Positions 1 through 10,023 of a stretch of DNA of 55,283 nucleotides are shown one piece after another (within the stretch, counting starts at the first letter, position 1; every line of letters starts with the position of its first letter). The position numbers and the translations under genes are program-made. Under the pieces are notes generated by a model. That model did not search any database and was not told the origin of the DNA. It worked only from the letters and a program-made list of their open reading frames with translations. The stretch covers positions 1-55,283 of the forward strand of contig CBFIJD010000019.1 in assembly GCA_965662845.1 (NCBI GenBank), written 5' to 3'. This DNA is from an uncultured bacterium. Lineage in GTDB: Bacteria; SAR324; NAC60-12.

Positions 1-21
1 TCTAAACAATGAGAAATTTTC

Positions 22-207
22 ATGAAAACACTATCACTACAAATCGATGACAGTTTGCATGAGGCATTGGTTGCCTTGTTGAAGCAGTTTCCAGAAAACA
101 AAGTGAAGATTATAGAATTGCCCACAACTCCGCTAAAATCAGATTTTGAACAAGCGAGCGACTATGTGCTGAAGAAAAACGCTGAGTTATACAAGCGATT
201 GGCATGA
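22..207 (+). CDS. Antitoxin of a Doc/Fic-type toxin-antitoxin pair
   Basis: 61 aa. C-terminal 'KKNAELYKRLA' is typical of Doc-associated antidotes. Stop overlaps the next ATG (ATGA, 204-207). Confidence 0.75.
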   Translation: MKTLSLQIDDSLHEALVALLKQFPENKVKIIELPTTPLKSDFEQASDYVLKKNAELYKRLA

Positions 208-338
208 TGCTGTCTTTTGAACAACTTTTAGGCTTGCAGAAGCAAATCATCGAGCAATCTGGCGGTGCGCATGGTTTGCGCGATCAAGCCGGACTAGAAT
301 CCGCTCTGGCTCAGCCTACCATGAGTATAGAGTGTTGA
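204..338 (+). pseudogene. doc: Truncated Doc (death-on-curing/Fic) toxin
   Basis: Translates MMLSFEQLLGLQKQIIEQSGGAHGLRDQAGLESALAQPTMSIEC*. 'GGAHGLRD..LESAL.QP' is the Doc N-terminus. It stops at 44 aa, before the HPFxDGNKR motif. Confidence 0.8.
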
Positions 339-433
339 GTGCAGATGAAATTCAAACGCTTTACAACCATTAATGGATTGGCTTGGGGAACGTCACCGCA
401 GGCTGACATCGCGCCGGCTCTATGATTCCCGAC

Positions 434-997
434 TTATTCACTCTCCAGCGGCAAGGCCATCTGCGAGTCTTCTTTGTCCATGTCGAGTTCACTGAGGGTG
501 GGGAGCTCTTTGAGCGATTTGAGCCCAAAGATTTCGAGGAAGGTCTTGGTTGTGCCGTAGAGCGCTGGGCGCCCAGGGAGAGCTTCTCGCCCCGTGATGC
601 GGATCAGACGTCGCTGCATCAGGGTGCGGAGTGTGTGCGAGGAGTCCACGCCTCGAATGTATTCCACCTGCGCGCGCGTGATGGGCTGTTTGTAGGCCAC
701 AATCGAGAGCGTCTCTAGATTAGCTGGCGAGAGTTTGAAGGGCTTCACCGCGTCAATCTTCCGAATCCATTCCCGCACATGCGGCTGAGTCCGCATCTGG
801 AACCCCCCTCCGGTCGCTTCAATCCGAAAAATCCTCCCGGTCTCTTCATATTCATAATTGAGGCGTTTGATCGTCGTGCGGACTTCTTGGGGCGTGTAGT
901 CTTCCTCCATCAGCTCGAGCAGCTGGGTGACGGTGAGCGAGCGCGGTGTGATGAACAAGATCGTCTCGAGAATTTCGGCGAGGGTCTTTTCCTTCAT
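434..997 (-). CDS. scpB: SMC-Scp complex subunit ScpB
   Basis: 'LETLSIVAYKQPITRAQVEYIRGV' and 'PGRPALYGTTKTFLEIFGLKSLKELP'. Start moved to ATG 997 (MKEKTLAEILE). Confidence 0.95.
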   Translation of the reverse strand: MKEKTLAEILETILFITPRSLTVTQLLELMEEDYTPQEVRTTIKRLNYEYEETGRIFRIEATGGGFQMRTQPHVREWIRKIDAVKPFKLSPANLETLSIVAYKQPITRAQVEYIRGVDSSHTLRTLMQRRLIRITGREALPGRPALYGTTKTFLEIFGLKSLKELPTLSELDMDKEDSQMALPLESE

Positions 998-1156
998 GGA
1001 ATGTCTCGGTGGAGGCCTCCTGCGCAACCGAAGCGGGGATGGCAAAGCATTCAGAGAAACATGGGGCGGGAGTGGGACTGTGCTTCGCACAAAGCGGCGC
1101 CGAGCGCCAGAGTTTTTTTGTGGACTCTGAGCGGCTCAGCGGTGTGTGTGTTGGCG

Positions 1157-4100
1157 TCAGTCGGGAGAATCCGAGTTTTCTTCCGCAGCTTGGGCTTTGA
1201 CGGCGGCAGCGCTAGCTTCTTGGTGCGCGGCGGGTTCATCTAGGTTGATGATGGCGCCTGTGATCAGCTCTGGAGCGCCGTCTTCGGTCCGGCTGGTCAC
1301 AAAGCCTTGGTCTTGAAACCAGCGATAGCTGCCTTGCTTGGTGCGCAGACGATAGCAGATGTCATAAGCCCGAGACTGTCCGGTGAGCAGGTTACGCATG
1401 CTCTGCATGGCGGCCTCATAGTCATCTGGATGAATCAGCTGGGTGAAGTCTTCCACAGCGACCAGCTCATCTGTGCGGAAGCCCAGCCAGTTGGCTTTGT
1501 TCGCATGATACGCGAGCTGCTTGCGTTGATAATTCCACTCCCACCACGCGACGTTCCCCACCTCTGTGGCGAGGGAGAGGCGTTTGTTAGAGATCTCCAA
1601 CTGAGAGAGCAGTTCGTGTTGCTGCCGGCGATATGAGTGCAGCTCGGTGATGTCCATCAGCGTAATCACTGCGCCGTCAATTTGGTTCTCAATCGTTTGA
1701 TAGGGCTTGACCTCTAGCTGGTACCACTTGCCGTTTTCGAGTTCGATCTCGCGTTTGATCGGGACCAGCATTTTGAGCACCTTGCGCAAGTCATCCATCA
1801 GGCTGCCGTGGTTCAGGCTGCCGGCCAGATGTGCGATGGGGCGCCCGACGTCTTGCTCCATCAGCGGCAGAAACTCGGTGACGATCGGGGTGAATTTGCG
1901 GATGCAGAGCTGACGATCCAAGAACACGATGCCGATGTTTGTGGTGAGGTATAGGTTATTGAGGTCGTTGTTGGCGTTGGTGAGCTCTTCAATCTTCTTT
2001 TGATACTCTTCGTTCAAGGTGTACAGCTCTTCGTTGACGGAGTGCAGCTCTTCGTTGGTGCTCTGCAGCTCTTCGTTGGCAGACATCAGCTCTTCGTTGG
2101 TGCTCTGCAGCTCTTCGTTGGTCGTCTCCAACTCCTCAATGGTCGTTTGTAGGCTCTCGCGGGTGTGCTGCAGCTCACGATCCATATCGCGGAGCTGCTC
2201 TTCTGCCTCTTTGGTGTAGTCCACTGTGGTCGCAGCGGAGTTCTCAGGTTCCACGATCTCTTTGGCGCTGCTGAACGTGACGATGAAGAAGTCTTGCTTG
2301 AATGGCCGCCTTCGATGCAGGGTCACGGTCAGCCGGATGAGCTTGGCGCCTTCGTTCGTGTCAAGCTGCACATCGCGGAGCATCAGGTCGCCGCCGTTCT
2401 GTTGAATGTTCCGCACGGCGTTGCTGACAATGATGCCCGTTTTGTGGTCTAGCAGGCGCAACAGGTTGTAGGTGAGGTTGCCTTTGGGAAAGCGCACGAA
2501 CTCGTTGATGTCGCCCCACACGTGCAGAATGTTGAGGTCAGGGTCAATCACGACAGAGGCGGGGACATAGCGCTCCATCAGGCTCTCGTAGATGCCTTCG
2601 ATCAGCTTCTCGGTTTTGGGAGCCTCGCTGTTGAAGGGCAACACGGCGCTCACTCCTGCCCGAGAGTCCATTCGCACTTCAAGGCGCTTAGACTCCACCG
2701 TGTGAAACTCAGGGAAGTAGACGTCGCCTTTGTTGCGGAAGATGCGCGCCGTGCTGTCGAAGGTCCAGTAGAGGTCTTGCGCTTCGCCCAGCGTTTCGCT
2801 GCCTCCCAGAAACAAAAACCCGTTTTGGTTGAGCGCAAAGCTGAACATGGAGAGGATGCGCTTCTGCACGCGCGTCTGGATGTAGATCAGCATGTTGCGG
2901 CAGGCGATCAGATCCAGTTTGTGGAACGGTGGGTCTTTGAGCAGATTGTGGTGCGCGAAAATAATCATTTTGCGCAGCTTCTCGACCACTTGATAGTAGT
3001 CCCCAACCTTGAAGAAGTACTTCCCCAGCAAGTGCATTGGCACATCTGCCAGAATGCTGGCGGGGTAGCGCCCTGCGCTGGCGATGTTCAGGGCATTTTT
3101 GTCCACATCAGACGCAAAGATCTTCACACCGACAAACGTCTGCGTGCGCTCCATGTGCTCCGCTAACAAAATCGCTAGCGTATAGACTTCTTCTCCGGTG
3201 GAGCAGGCCGAGACCCACACGCGGAGCGGCATTTGGGTGGGCTGTTTGCGCGTAGAGAAGATCTCGGGCAGCACTTTGTCGCGCAGTTTGTCGAAAGCTT
3301 CTTTGTCGCGGAAAAAGCGCGTCACGCCGATGAGCAGGTCGCTGTAGAGCAGGTGAATCTCTGCCATGTCATTGACGATGTGCTGGAGATACTGATCCAT
3401 TGAGCCAATTTGGATCACACTCATCCGGCGTTGGATGCGTCGTAGCAAGGAGCCCGACTTATACTCTGCGAAGTCGACACCGGTCTCCTGGCGAATCAGC
3501 GCGAGGATCTTCCGCAGCGCATCTTCTTCGTCACCTGAGGGCGGCTCGTGGCGTAGTCTCGCCACATACGGGTGTTCCAAGAAGCGCAGCATCTCTTCTG
3601 GCATCCGCTCTGGAGCCAAGACACAGTCAGCGATGCCGGTCTGAATCGCCGAACGAGGCATGCCGTCAAATTGTGCCGAGTCGGGAGACTGCACGATCAC
3701 GAGTCCGCCAACCTCTTTGACCACGCGCCCACCGAGAGTGCCGTCTGTGCCCGTGCCTGAGAGGATCACTGCGATCGCCTTCTCTTCCTGATCGCGCGCC
3801 AAAGAACGGAACAGGATGTCAATCGGCAAGTTGATCCCTGACACAGCGGGTTGCTCCGTCAAATAGAGCTTACCGTGATACACCGTCAGCTGGCGCTTGG
3901 GTGGGATGAGATACACCGTGTTGGGCAGAATCGTCAGATTGTCTTCGGCGTGTCGCACCTTCATCGGGGTGTGCTTGGAGAGCAATTCGACCATCATGCT
4001 CTTGTAATCTGGCGACAAGTGCTGCACGACCACAAACCCTAAGCCGGTGTCTGGCGGCACAGCGCGGAAGAACTTCTCCAGCGAGTCTAGCCCCCCTGCT

Positions 4101-4249
4101 GAGGCGCCAATGCCGACAATGAAGCGAGGTGGCAACCCCGTTTCAGTGCCCGCCTCTTCAAATCGCTCTGCAGACGAGAGAAGGCGCGTCTCTGCTTCTG
4201 CGTTGCGCTGGTCGGGTTGTTCTTCAGGAGCCGAGGGTTCAGTGGTCAT
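1157..4249 (-). CDS. CheB methylesterase-CheR methyltransferase fusion with coiled coil and PAS domains
   Basis: CheB motifs [18 protein letters not shown]. CheR motifs [34 protein letters not shown] heptads. C-terminal PAS 'IHPDD'. Confidence 0.93.
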   Translation of the reverse strand: MTTEPSAPEEQPDQRNAEAETRLLSSAERFEEAGTETGLPPRFIVGIGASAGGLDSLEKFFRAVPPDTGLGFVVVQHLSPDYKSMMVELLSKHTPMKVRHAEDNLTILPNTVYLIPPKRQLTVYHGKLYLTEQPAVSGINLPIDILFRSLARDQEEKAIAVILSGTGTDGTLGGRVVKEVGGLVIVQSPDSAQFDGMPRSAIQTGIADCVLAPERMPEEMLRFLEHPYVARLRHEPPSGDEEDALRKILALIRQETGVDFAEYKSGSLLRRIQRRMSVIQIGSMDQYLQHIVNDMAEIHLLYSDLLIGVTRFFRDKEAFDKLRDKVLPEIFSTRKQPTQMPLRVWVSACSTGEEVYTLAILLAEHMERTQTFVGVKIFASDVDKNALNIASAGRYPASILADVPMHLLGKYFFKVGDYYQVVEKLRKMIIFAHHNLLKDPPFHKLDLIACRNMLIYIQTRVQKRILSMFSFALNQNGFLFLGGSETLGEAQDLYWTFDSTARIFRNKGDVYFPEFHTVESKRLEVRMDSRAGVSAVLPFNSEAPKTEKLIEGIYESLMERYVPASVVIDPDLNILHVWGDINEFVRFPKGNLTYNLLRLLDHKTGIIVSNAVRNIQQNGGDLMLRDVQLDTNEGAKLIRLTVTLHRRRPFKQDFFIVTFSSAKEIVEPENSAATTVDYTKEAEEQLRDMDRELQHTRESLQTTIEELETTNEELQSTNEELMSANEELQSTNEELHSVNEELYTLNEEYQKKIEELTNANNDLNNLYLTTNIGIVFLDRQLCIRKFTPIVTEFLPLMEQDVGRPIAHLAGSLNHGSLMDDLRKVLKMLVPIKREIELENGKWYQLEVKPYQTIENQIDGAVITLMDITELHSYRRQQHELLSQLEISNKRLSLATEVGNVAWWEWNYQRKQLAYHANKANWLGFRTDELVAVEDFTQLIHPDDYEAAMQSMRNLLTGQSRAYDICYRLRTKQGSYRWFQDQGFVTSRTEDGAPELITGAIINLDEPAAHQEASAAAVKAQAAEENSDSPD

Positions 4250-4276
4250 AAATGGGGGAGGAGCAAGGCCTGCAAA

Positions 4277-4528
4277 TTAGAAAGTCCACAGCGCATTGCG
4301 CAGCAGCGAGATGATGATGAGCACGATGACGATTGAGAAGTCGATTCCCCCCAAGGAAGGCACCGATTGGCGAATCGGCGTCAGCACTGGCTCCGTGATG
4401 CGATGCATAAATTGCACGATCGGGTGGCGAGGGTTGACCGGGAACCAAGAAATGAGCGCAGTGCCCAACAAAATCAGGCTGTAAGCGCCCAAGAGCGCGT
4501 CAAGCAGTTGAATCAGCGACGAAGGCAT
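4277..4528 (-). CDS. yggT: YggT family membrane protein
   Basis: 'LISWFPVNP..PIVQFMHRITEPVLTPIR...GGIDFS'. Start taken at ATG 4528. Confidence 0.9.
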   Translation of the reverse strand: MPSSLIQLLDALLGAYSLILLGTALISWFPVNPRHPIVQFMHRITEPVLTPIRQSVPSLGGIDFSIVIVLIIISLLRNALWTF

Positions 4529-4672
4529 GAGGTGTTTCCAACGATAGGTGAGTGAACAGCGTGAGAGACCAGGCTGCACAAGCTAACGAAGTCCACTTCA
4601 AAAGGCAAACATGCGCCCCTACAGCCACCCCGAAGCCGCTGGGACACAAAGCACACAAATCAGGCGCGATCC

Positions 4673-4701
4673 TTGCGCTTTGTTTTGGAAGTGCGTACTT
4701 T
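4673..4701 (+). promoter_or_regulatory. Putative sigma70 promoter for lon
   Basis: TTGCGC-17 nt-TACTTT about 140 nt upstream of lon. Confidence 0.35.
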
Positions 4702-4843
4702 GATTAGTCTTTTTTCGGCGTGTTTCACCCCATCGTGCAGCCTCCTTCTCACGGCCACTCCGCACGCTGTTCGCCGAACCCGCTTTCCTGCACGAGCCTA
4801 AGTCTCTCTGTGCCTCTCAGACCGATCCGAATCAGGAGATAGT

Positions 4844-7297
4844 ATGTCGGAACCAGCCAGCTCCGTCGTTCCACCAAGTGCGTTTGAACTGCCAATGCTG
4901 CCGATGCGCGACATTGTGGTGTTTCCCCACATGACCGCGCCTTTTTTTATTGGACGAGCGCTCTCAATTGCCGCCTTAGAGCAAGCCCTCGCGACCGATC
5001 GCAAGATTTTTGTGGTCGCGCAAGAAGATCCGTTGGTCGAAGTTCCAGAGGGCAAAGACTTGTTCCGCATTGGTACGATTGGGCAAGTGCTGCAGATCAT
5101 GCGCTTGCACAATGGAACCATCAAAGCGCTCTTCGAAGCCCACGAGCGCGGTCGGTTGCACGCCGCACAAATGGACGAACCGCACTACTCCGCCATGGTG
5201 GAGCCGCTGGTCGAAGACGCGACCGAAACGCCAGAGATGGTCGCTTTAAGCAAAAATGTGCGCACTGAGCTGAAGCGCTATCTGAAAGAGGTGAAGCGTC
5301 ACACAGAAGGCGTCGAGAAGCTGTCCATCGAAAGCGAACCCGCGCACCGACTGGCAGACCGTATCGCTCCTCTGCTCAATATGGATTTGGAACGCAAACA
5401 AAAGCTGCTCGAGACACAGAGCTCCCAAGCACGCCTAGAGATGGTTTATGAGCGCATGATCGAAGAGTCGGAGTTCAAAAAGGTGGAGCGAAAACTCAAA
5501 GAACGCGTGCAAGGACAAATCGGCAAGACGCAGAAAGAGTACTATCTCAACGAGCAGGTGAAGGCGATCCAGAAGGAGCTTGGACAGGGCGAGGACGGCA
5601 AAGCAGAGATCGAAGAGTATCAGAAGAAGATGGAGACCTTGCCACTCAGCCAAGAGGCAAAAGAGATCTCCACCAAAGAGCTGAAGAAACTGAAGATGAT
5701 GCAGCCCATGTCCGCCGAGGCCAACGTCGTCCGCAACTATCTGGACTGGTTGCTCTCCATGCCGTGGGGAGAACGCACAGAAGATCACTTTGACCTCGAG
5801 CACGCTGAGAAGATCCTCAACGCTCATCATTACGGCTTAGAAAAGATCAAAGAGCGCATCATCGAGTACATCGCCGTCGCGCAGCAAGTCGGAGAAATCC
5901 GCGGCCCCATCATCTGCCTCGTCGGGCCTCCTGGCGTTGGGAAAACCTCGCTCGCGCGTTCGGTGGCAGAGGCGCTGGGCCGCAACTTCAACCGCATCAG
6001 CTTAGGCGGCGTTCGAGACGAAGCCGAGATTCGTGGACACCGTCGCACCTATGTGGGCGCGATGCCGGGCAAAATCATCCAAGCGCTGCGCAAAACGAAG
6101 AGCTCCAACCCGCTGCTGTTGCTCGATGAGATTGACAAGATGACACGCGGCGTCATGGGCGACCCCGCTGCGGCGCTCTTAGAAGTTCTGGACCCCGAGC
6201 AGAACTCCACGTTCATGGATCACTACCTGGAAATTGAATACGACCTCTCCAATGTCCTCTTCTTCTGCACCGCGAACGTGGGACAGAACATCCCGCCAGC
6301 CCTCAAAGATCGCATGGAGGTGCTCAACCTCTCCGGCTACACCGAGATGGAGAAAGAGCACATCGCGCTGGAGCACTTGGTTCCCAAGCAAATTGGGGAA
6401 AATGGACTGACCGACGACAACATCCTCGTGCGACCACAAGCGCTCACCGAGGTGATTCAGCGCTACACTCGTGAAGCTGGCGTGCGAAATTTGGAGCGGG
6501 AAATTTCTAAGCTCTGTCGCAAAGTCGCGACCCAGATCGTGACCAAAAAAACGACCAAGCGCGTGACGATTACGCCGAAGAAAGTCCACGAATTGCTGGG
6601 AGTCCCCAAATACAAGCACGCCCGCGGAGAAGAAAACAACGAGGTTGGCGTCACCTGTGGTCTAGCTTGGACTCAAGTAGGAGGCGAGATTTTGATGACC
6701 GAAGTCAGCGTGATGAAAGGCTCCGGCAAATTGCAGCTCACCGGCAAATTAGGCGACGTGATGAAAGAGTCGGCGCAAGCCTCTCAGAGCTATGTGCGCA
6801 CTAGCGCCAATCAACTTGGCATCTTCTCCTCAGTCTTTAAGGAATCGGACATTCACGTCCACGTCCCCGACGGCGCGGTCCCCAAAGATGGCCCCTCGGC
6901 CGGTGTGACCATCACCACGTCGCTGGTCAGCGCTTTCACCGGCATCCCTGTGCGCAAAGATGTGGCGATGACAGGCGAAATCACCCTGCGAGGCAAAGTC
7001 CTGCCCATTGGCGGGCTGAAGGAGAAATTGCTGGCAGCACGCCGCGCCAAGATGCAGGTGGTGCTGATCCCGTCTGAAAATGAAAAAGACTTAGAAGACG
7101 TGCCCGATGAGATCAAAAAGGATCTCAAAATTGTGCCCGTTCGCCACATCGAGGAGGTGTTGCAGGCGGCGCTGGAGCGGATGCCCGAACCCGTGCAAGA
7201 CCCAGAAGAGGAAGAAGACAAAGACAACGCTTCTGCCGAAAACGTCTTGTCATCGCCGCCAGCGACGCCGACCATCAACCCCGCCCTACCCTCTTAA
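4844..7297 (+). CDS. lon: ATP-dependent Lon protease
   Basis: Lon N-domain, Walker [17 protein letters not shown], protease motif PKDGPSAG. Confidence 0.98.
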   Translation: MSEPASSVVPPSAFELPMLPMRDIVVFPHMTAPFFIGRALSIAALEQALATDRKIFVVAQEDPLVEVPEGKDLFRIGTIGQVLQIMRLHNGTIKALFEAHERGRLHAAQMDEPHYSAMVEPLVEDATETPEMVALSKNVRTELKRYLKEVKRHTEGVEKLSIESEPAHRLADRIAPLLNMDLERKQKLLETQSSQARLEMVYERMIEESEFKKVERKLKERVQGQIGKTQKEYYLNEQVKAIQKELGQGEDGKAEIEEYQKKMETLPLSQEAKEISTKELKKLKMMQPMSAEANVVRNYLDWLLSMPWGERTEDHFDLEHAEKILNAHHYGLEKIKERIIEYIAVAQQVGEIRGPIICLVGPPGVGKTSLARSVAEALGRNFNRISLGGVRDEAEIRGHRRTYVGAMPGKIIQALRKTKSSNPLLLLDEIDKMTRGVMGDPAAALLEVLDPEQNSTFMDHYLEIEYDLSNVLFFCTANVGQNIPPALKDRMEVLNLSGYTEMEKEHIALEHLVPKQIGENGLTDDNILVRPQALTEVIQRYTREAGVRNLEREISKLCRKVATQIVTKKTTKRVTITPKKVHELLGVPKYKHARGEENNEVGVTCGLAWTQVGGEILMTEVSVMKGSGKLQLTGKLGDVMKESAQASQSYVRTSANQLGIFSSVFKESDIHVHVPDGAVPKDGPSAGVTITTSLVSAFTGIPVRKDVAMTGEITLRGKVLPIGGLKEKLLAARRAKMQVVLIPSENEKDLEDVPDEIKKDLKIVPVRHIEEVLQAALERMPEPVQDPEEEEDKDNASAENVLSSPPATPTINPALPS

Positions 7298-7352
7298 TCT
7301 CTGAGGCTGAGGCTCCCTTGTGGAGCCTTCTTCTCCCTGCGCCCAACCTCGC

Positions 7353-8840
7353 ATGTCCATTCCCTTTGAAGTTGAAGTCCCGCCCCTGTCTCACCCAACC
7401 GACGCTCCCCAAGCTCGCACAGCCGCTTCCAGCGACCCCGCCCCTGTTCTGGAAGCGGAGACCGAAGATCCTCCTGAGACCGCCGCGCCCCCTCCCGTTT
7501 GGACGGTCTCGCAGCTCACGCGCAGAGTTCGTTTGCTCCTGGAAGGACGCTTTCGCGCAGTGACGCTGAGCGCCGAGTTGTCGAACGTGCGGCGTGCGAG
7601 CTCTGGACATTGGTATATGGTGCTCAAAGACGAGCAGACGCAGCTGCGCGCCGTGCTCTTCAAACAAGCGGCTCTGCGGCTCCCATTTGACCCCGAAGAT
7701 GGCATGGAGGTGTGGGCACACGGCTCCCTTCAGGTTTATGAAGCGCGGGGAGAATATCAGCTGAACATTTCCAAGTTGGAGCCTCAAGGCACCGGGGCCC
7801 TGCAGTTGGCATTTGAACAAATGCGGGAGCGGCTGCAGCGTGAGGGGCTCTTTGACACAGAGCACAAACGACCGCTGCCGTTTCTGCCTCGTGCGATTGG
7901 AGTCGTGACCTCTGCGCAAGGCGCTGTGATTCAAGACATGCGCAACGTGTTGTGGCGGCGGTTCCCCGGATTGCGCATGGTGTTGTTCCCGGCGGTTGTG
8001 CAAGGTGACGCTGCGCCGGCCTCCCTTCGGAGGGGCGTGGAGTGGCTCAATGAACATGCAGACGAGCTACAACTCGATGTGCTCATCGTCGGACGCGGTG
8101 GCGGTTCGCTCGAAGACCTTTGGGCGTTTAACGACGAAGCCTTGGCGCGCGCGCTGTTTGCGTCGAAGTTGCCGGTGATCTCTGCGGTGGGGCATGAAAC
8201 GGACTTTACCATCGCCGATTTTGTGAGTGATGTGCGCGCCCCAACACCGTCTGCAGCGATGGAGTTGGCGGTTCCTCAGCGGGGAGAACTCGTCGCCGCG
8301 GTGACGCAACAACAAGAGCGCTTGCGGCGCGCTGTGCACGCGAATGTGAGGCAGCACCGTCGCGCTTTTGAAAATCAACAACAACGCATCCACACCCCCA
8401 AACGCGCGATCCGCGCCTATATCCAACAGCTGCAGAGCCTGGAAGAGCGCCTGCGACAGTTTCTCCGCAAAGCGGCCCAGCAGCGCCGCGAACTGCAGCA
8501 GCTTGAGCAGCGTCTGGAGCGCCACGCCCCACGTCGGCTGCTTCGGCAACAGCAGCAATCCCTAGAGACGTGGACACAGCGGCTGCTTCATGCCTGGGAG
8601 GCCTATCAAAACATCCGCAAGCATCGTCTGCAGGAGCAGATGGCGCGCTTAGACGCGCTGAGCCCGCTCTCGGTGTTGCAGCGCGGTTACAGCGTCACGC
8701 TCGATCCTCGCAACCAGCCCATGCAGTCGGCGTTGCAAGTGCATGTTGGGGATGTCTTGCAACTGAAGCTGCCGGACGGCACCGTGTTTTCTCGTGTTGA
8801 AATGATCCAAGACGACTCGCTGGACGCTAAGCCCTCATGA
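7353..8840 (+). CDS. xseA: Exodeoxyribonuclease VII large subunit
   Basis: 'SSGHWY', 'GRGGGSLEDLWAFNDE', 'SAVGHETDFTIADFVSDVRAPTPSAA', 'LSPLSVLQRGYS'. Start uncertain (7320 or 7353). Confidence 0.96.
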   Translation: MSIPFEVEVPPLSHPTDAPQARTAASSDPAPVLEAETEDPPETAAPPPVWTVSQLTRRVRLLLEGRFRAVTLSAELSNVRRASSGHWYMVLKDEQTQLRAVLFKQAALRLPFDPEDGMEVWAHGSLQVYEARGEYQLNISKLEPQGTGALQLAFEQMRERLQREGLFDTEHKRPLPFLPRAIGVVTSAQGAVIQDMRNVLWRRFPGLRMVLFPAVVQGDAAPASLRRGVEWLNEHADELQLDVLIVGRGGGSLEDLWAFNDEALARALFASKLPVISAVGHETDFTIADFVSDVRAPTPSAAMELAVPQRGELVAAVTQQQERLRRAVHANVRQHRRAFENQQQRIHTPKRAIRAYIQQLQSLEERLRQFLRKAAQQRRELQQLEQRLERHAPRRLLRQQQQSLETWTQRLLHAWEAYQNIRKHRLQEQMARLDALSPLSVLQRGYSVTLDPRNQPMQSALQVHVGDVLQLKLPDGTVFSRVEMIQDDSLDAKPS

Positions 8841-9679
8841 CCATCATTGTTCCTGACCACTATCACGCTCGCAGGGCGCTGGAAGACAACCACATTACGT
8901 GCATCGCGCAAGAGCTGGCTTTACGGCAAGACATCCGCCCCCTGCGCATTGGGATGCTCCCCACGGAGCCGCTGAGCCTGATGGAGCAAGTGAACTTGCT
9001 GCGTCCGCTGGGCATGTCCATCATTCAGGCCGTACCAATCTTGTTGCGTGGCCCCAGCTCAGAGGAAGGATTGGACCCGGAAGAGTTTTTGAGCGTCGGA
9101 CGCCTGGATGGTTTGGTCGTAGTCGGATCGGCACTGCATGAGCCTGCGCCAGCTTTCCGCAACCGCTTAGGGCCCCTGCTAGAGGCGATGCGCCCGTCTT
9201 GTCCGACGCTCGGCTTGGGCTATGGCGCCTTGTGGCTGACCGAGCTGCTGGGGGTTGGCTATGAAAGTTTGCCGAAAGCGCGGATTGGCGTGTGGGAGGC
9301 AGAAAATCGGTACCGAGATCACCCGATCGCCGGAGAATCTGATGACGTATACTTGTGTCCTCAAGTGCGGCGCTTCCGACCGCAAGGGGACTCCTTCCAG
9401 CAGCTTGTGGCAGCCGGCGCCCTACAAGTTCTCGCGACTTGCGCAGACGAGGCCTTGATCTGGGAAACGCCGGATCACGCTTGGAGCATGCACTTGGGCA
9501 ATCCAGAATACACTACCCCTCAATTGTTGCGGGCTTTTAGTCAGCGGAGCGATTTTGTGGGGCCTGGTCTGTTCGATCTTGATCGCCCAGTGAGCAAGTG
9601 GAAGACCCACCGCAATGTGTTCTTCACCAGCTGGCTGAAACACTGCTATAACTGCCTGAGTATCCCCGAAGTCTCATGA
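8837..9679 (+). CDS. Homoserine O-acyltransferase (MetA/HTS) homologue, catalytic Cys and His substituted
   Basis: 'QDIRPLRIG', 'LDGLVVVGS', 'HPIAG..DDVYLCPQ', 'HLGNPEY', 'W..HRN.FF..W'. The CWG motif reads GYG and HPEY reads NPEY. Confidence 0.85.
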   Translation: MTIIVPDHYHARRALEDNHITCIAQELALRQDIRPLRIGMLPTEPLSLMEQVNLLRPLGMSIIQAVPILLRGPSSEEGLDPEEFLSVGRLDGLVVVGSALHEPAPAFRNRLGPLLEAMRPSCPTLGLGYGALWLTELLGVGYESLPKARIGVWEAENRYRDHPIAGESDDVYLCPQVRRFRPQGDSFQQLVAAGALQVLATCADEALIWETPDHAWSMHLGNPEYTTPQLLRAFSQRSDFVGPGLFDLDRPVSKWKTHRNVFFTSWLKHCYNCLSIPEVS

Positions 9680-10023
9680 ACCCTCTGCTCTCCCAACGCA
9701 TCCGCCAATTTCTGGTGCACTCCTTCCTCTACTATCGCTTAGACGAATCGGTGATTCCTGACCAGCAGTACGACGAGCTGTGCCGCGAGCTGCGCGATCT
9801 CCTGCAAGAGCAGCCTTCCTCAGAGGACCTGCCGTATCGGGAATTGCTGGAGTCGGCGCGTAGTTCGGAGGGTTCTGGATTTGCGATCCGCAATTACCCC
9901 CCTGAGATTGTCAGCACAGCGCTACACCTGCTGTATCAAGATCGTTATCGCACGCTCAGCTTCCCAGACTTCCTCGCTCGTTTTGGATACCGTCCACAAA
10001 CTGAGAACGCTCCTTCGGCATGA
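9676..10023 (+). CDS. Stand-alone NAD+-dependent DNA ligase subdomain Ia-like (Nlig-Ia) protein
   Basis: 'HSFLYYRLDESVIPDQQYDELCREL' matches LigA Ia H..YY..D...I.D..YD.L..EL. No adenylation domain follows. Confidence 0.8.
   Translation: MNPLLSQRIRQFLVHSFLYYRLDESVIPDQQYDELCRELRDLLQEQPSSEDLPYRELLESARSSEGSGFAIRNYPPEIVSTALHLLYQDRYRTLSFPDFLARFGYRPQTENAPSA

Noticed and set aside
2000..2140. 21-bp periodic DNA repeats as a separate element
   Set aside because: They encode the NEELQS heptad coiled coil standard in CheB-CheR fusions.
4602..4665. c-di-GMP-I (GEMM) riboswitch-like 'GGCAAAC...GGGACACAAAGC'
   Set aside because: No paired stem with a GNRA loop between the motifs and no second stem with a tetraloop receptor.
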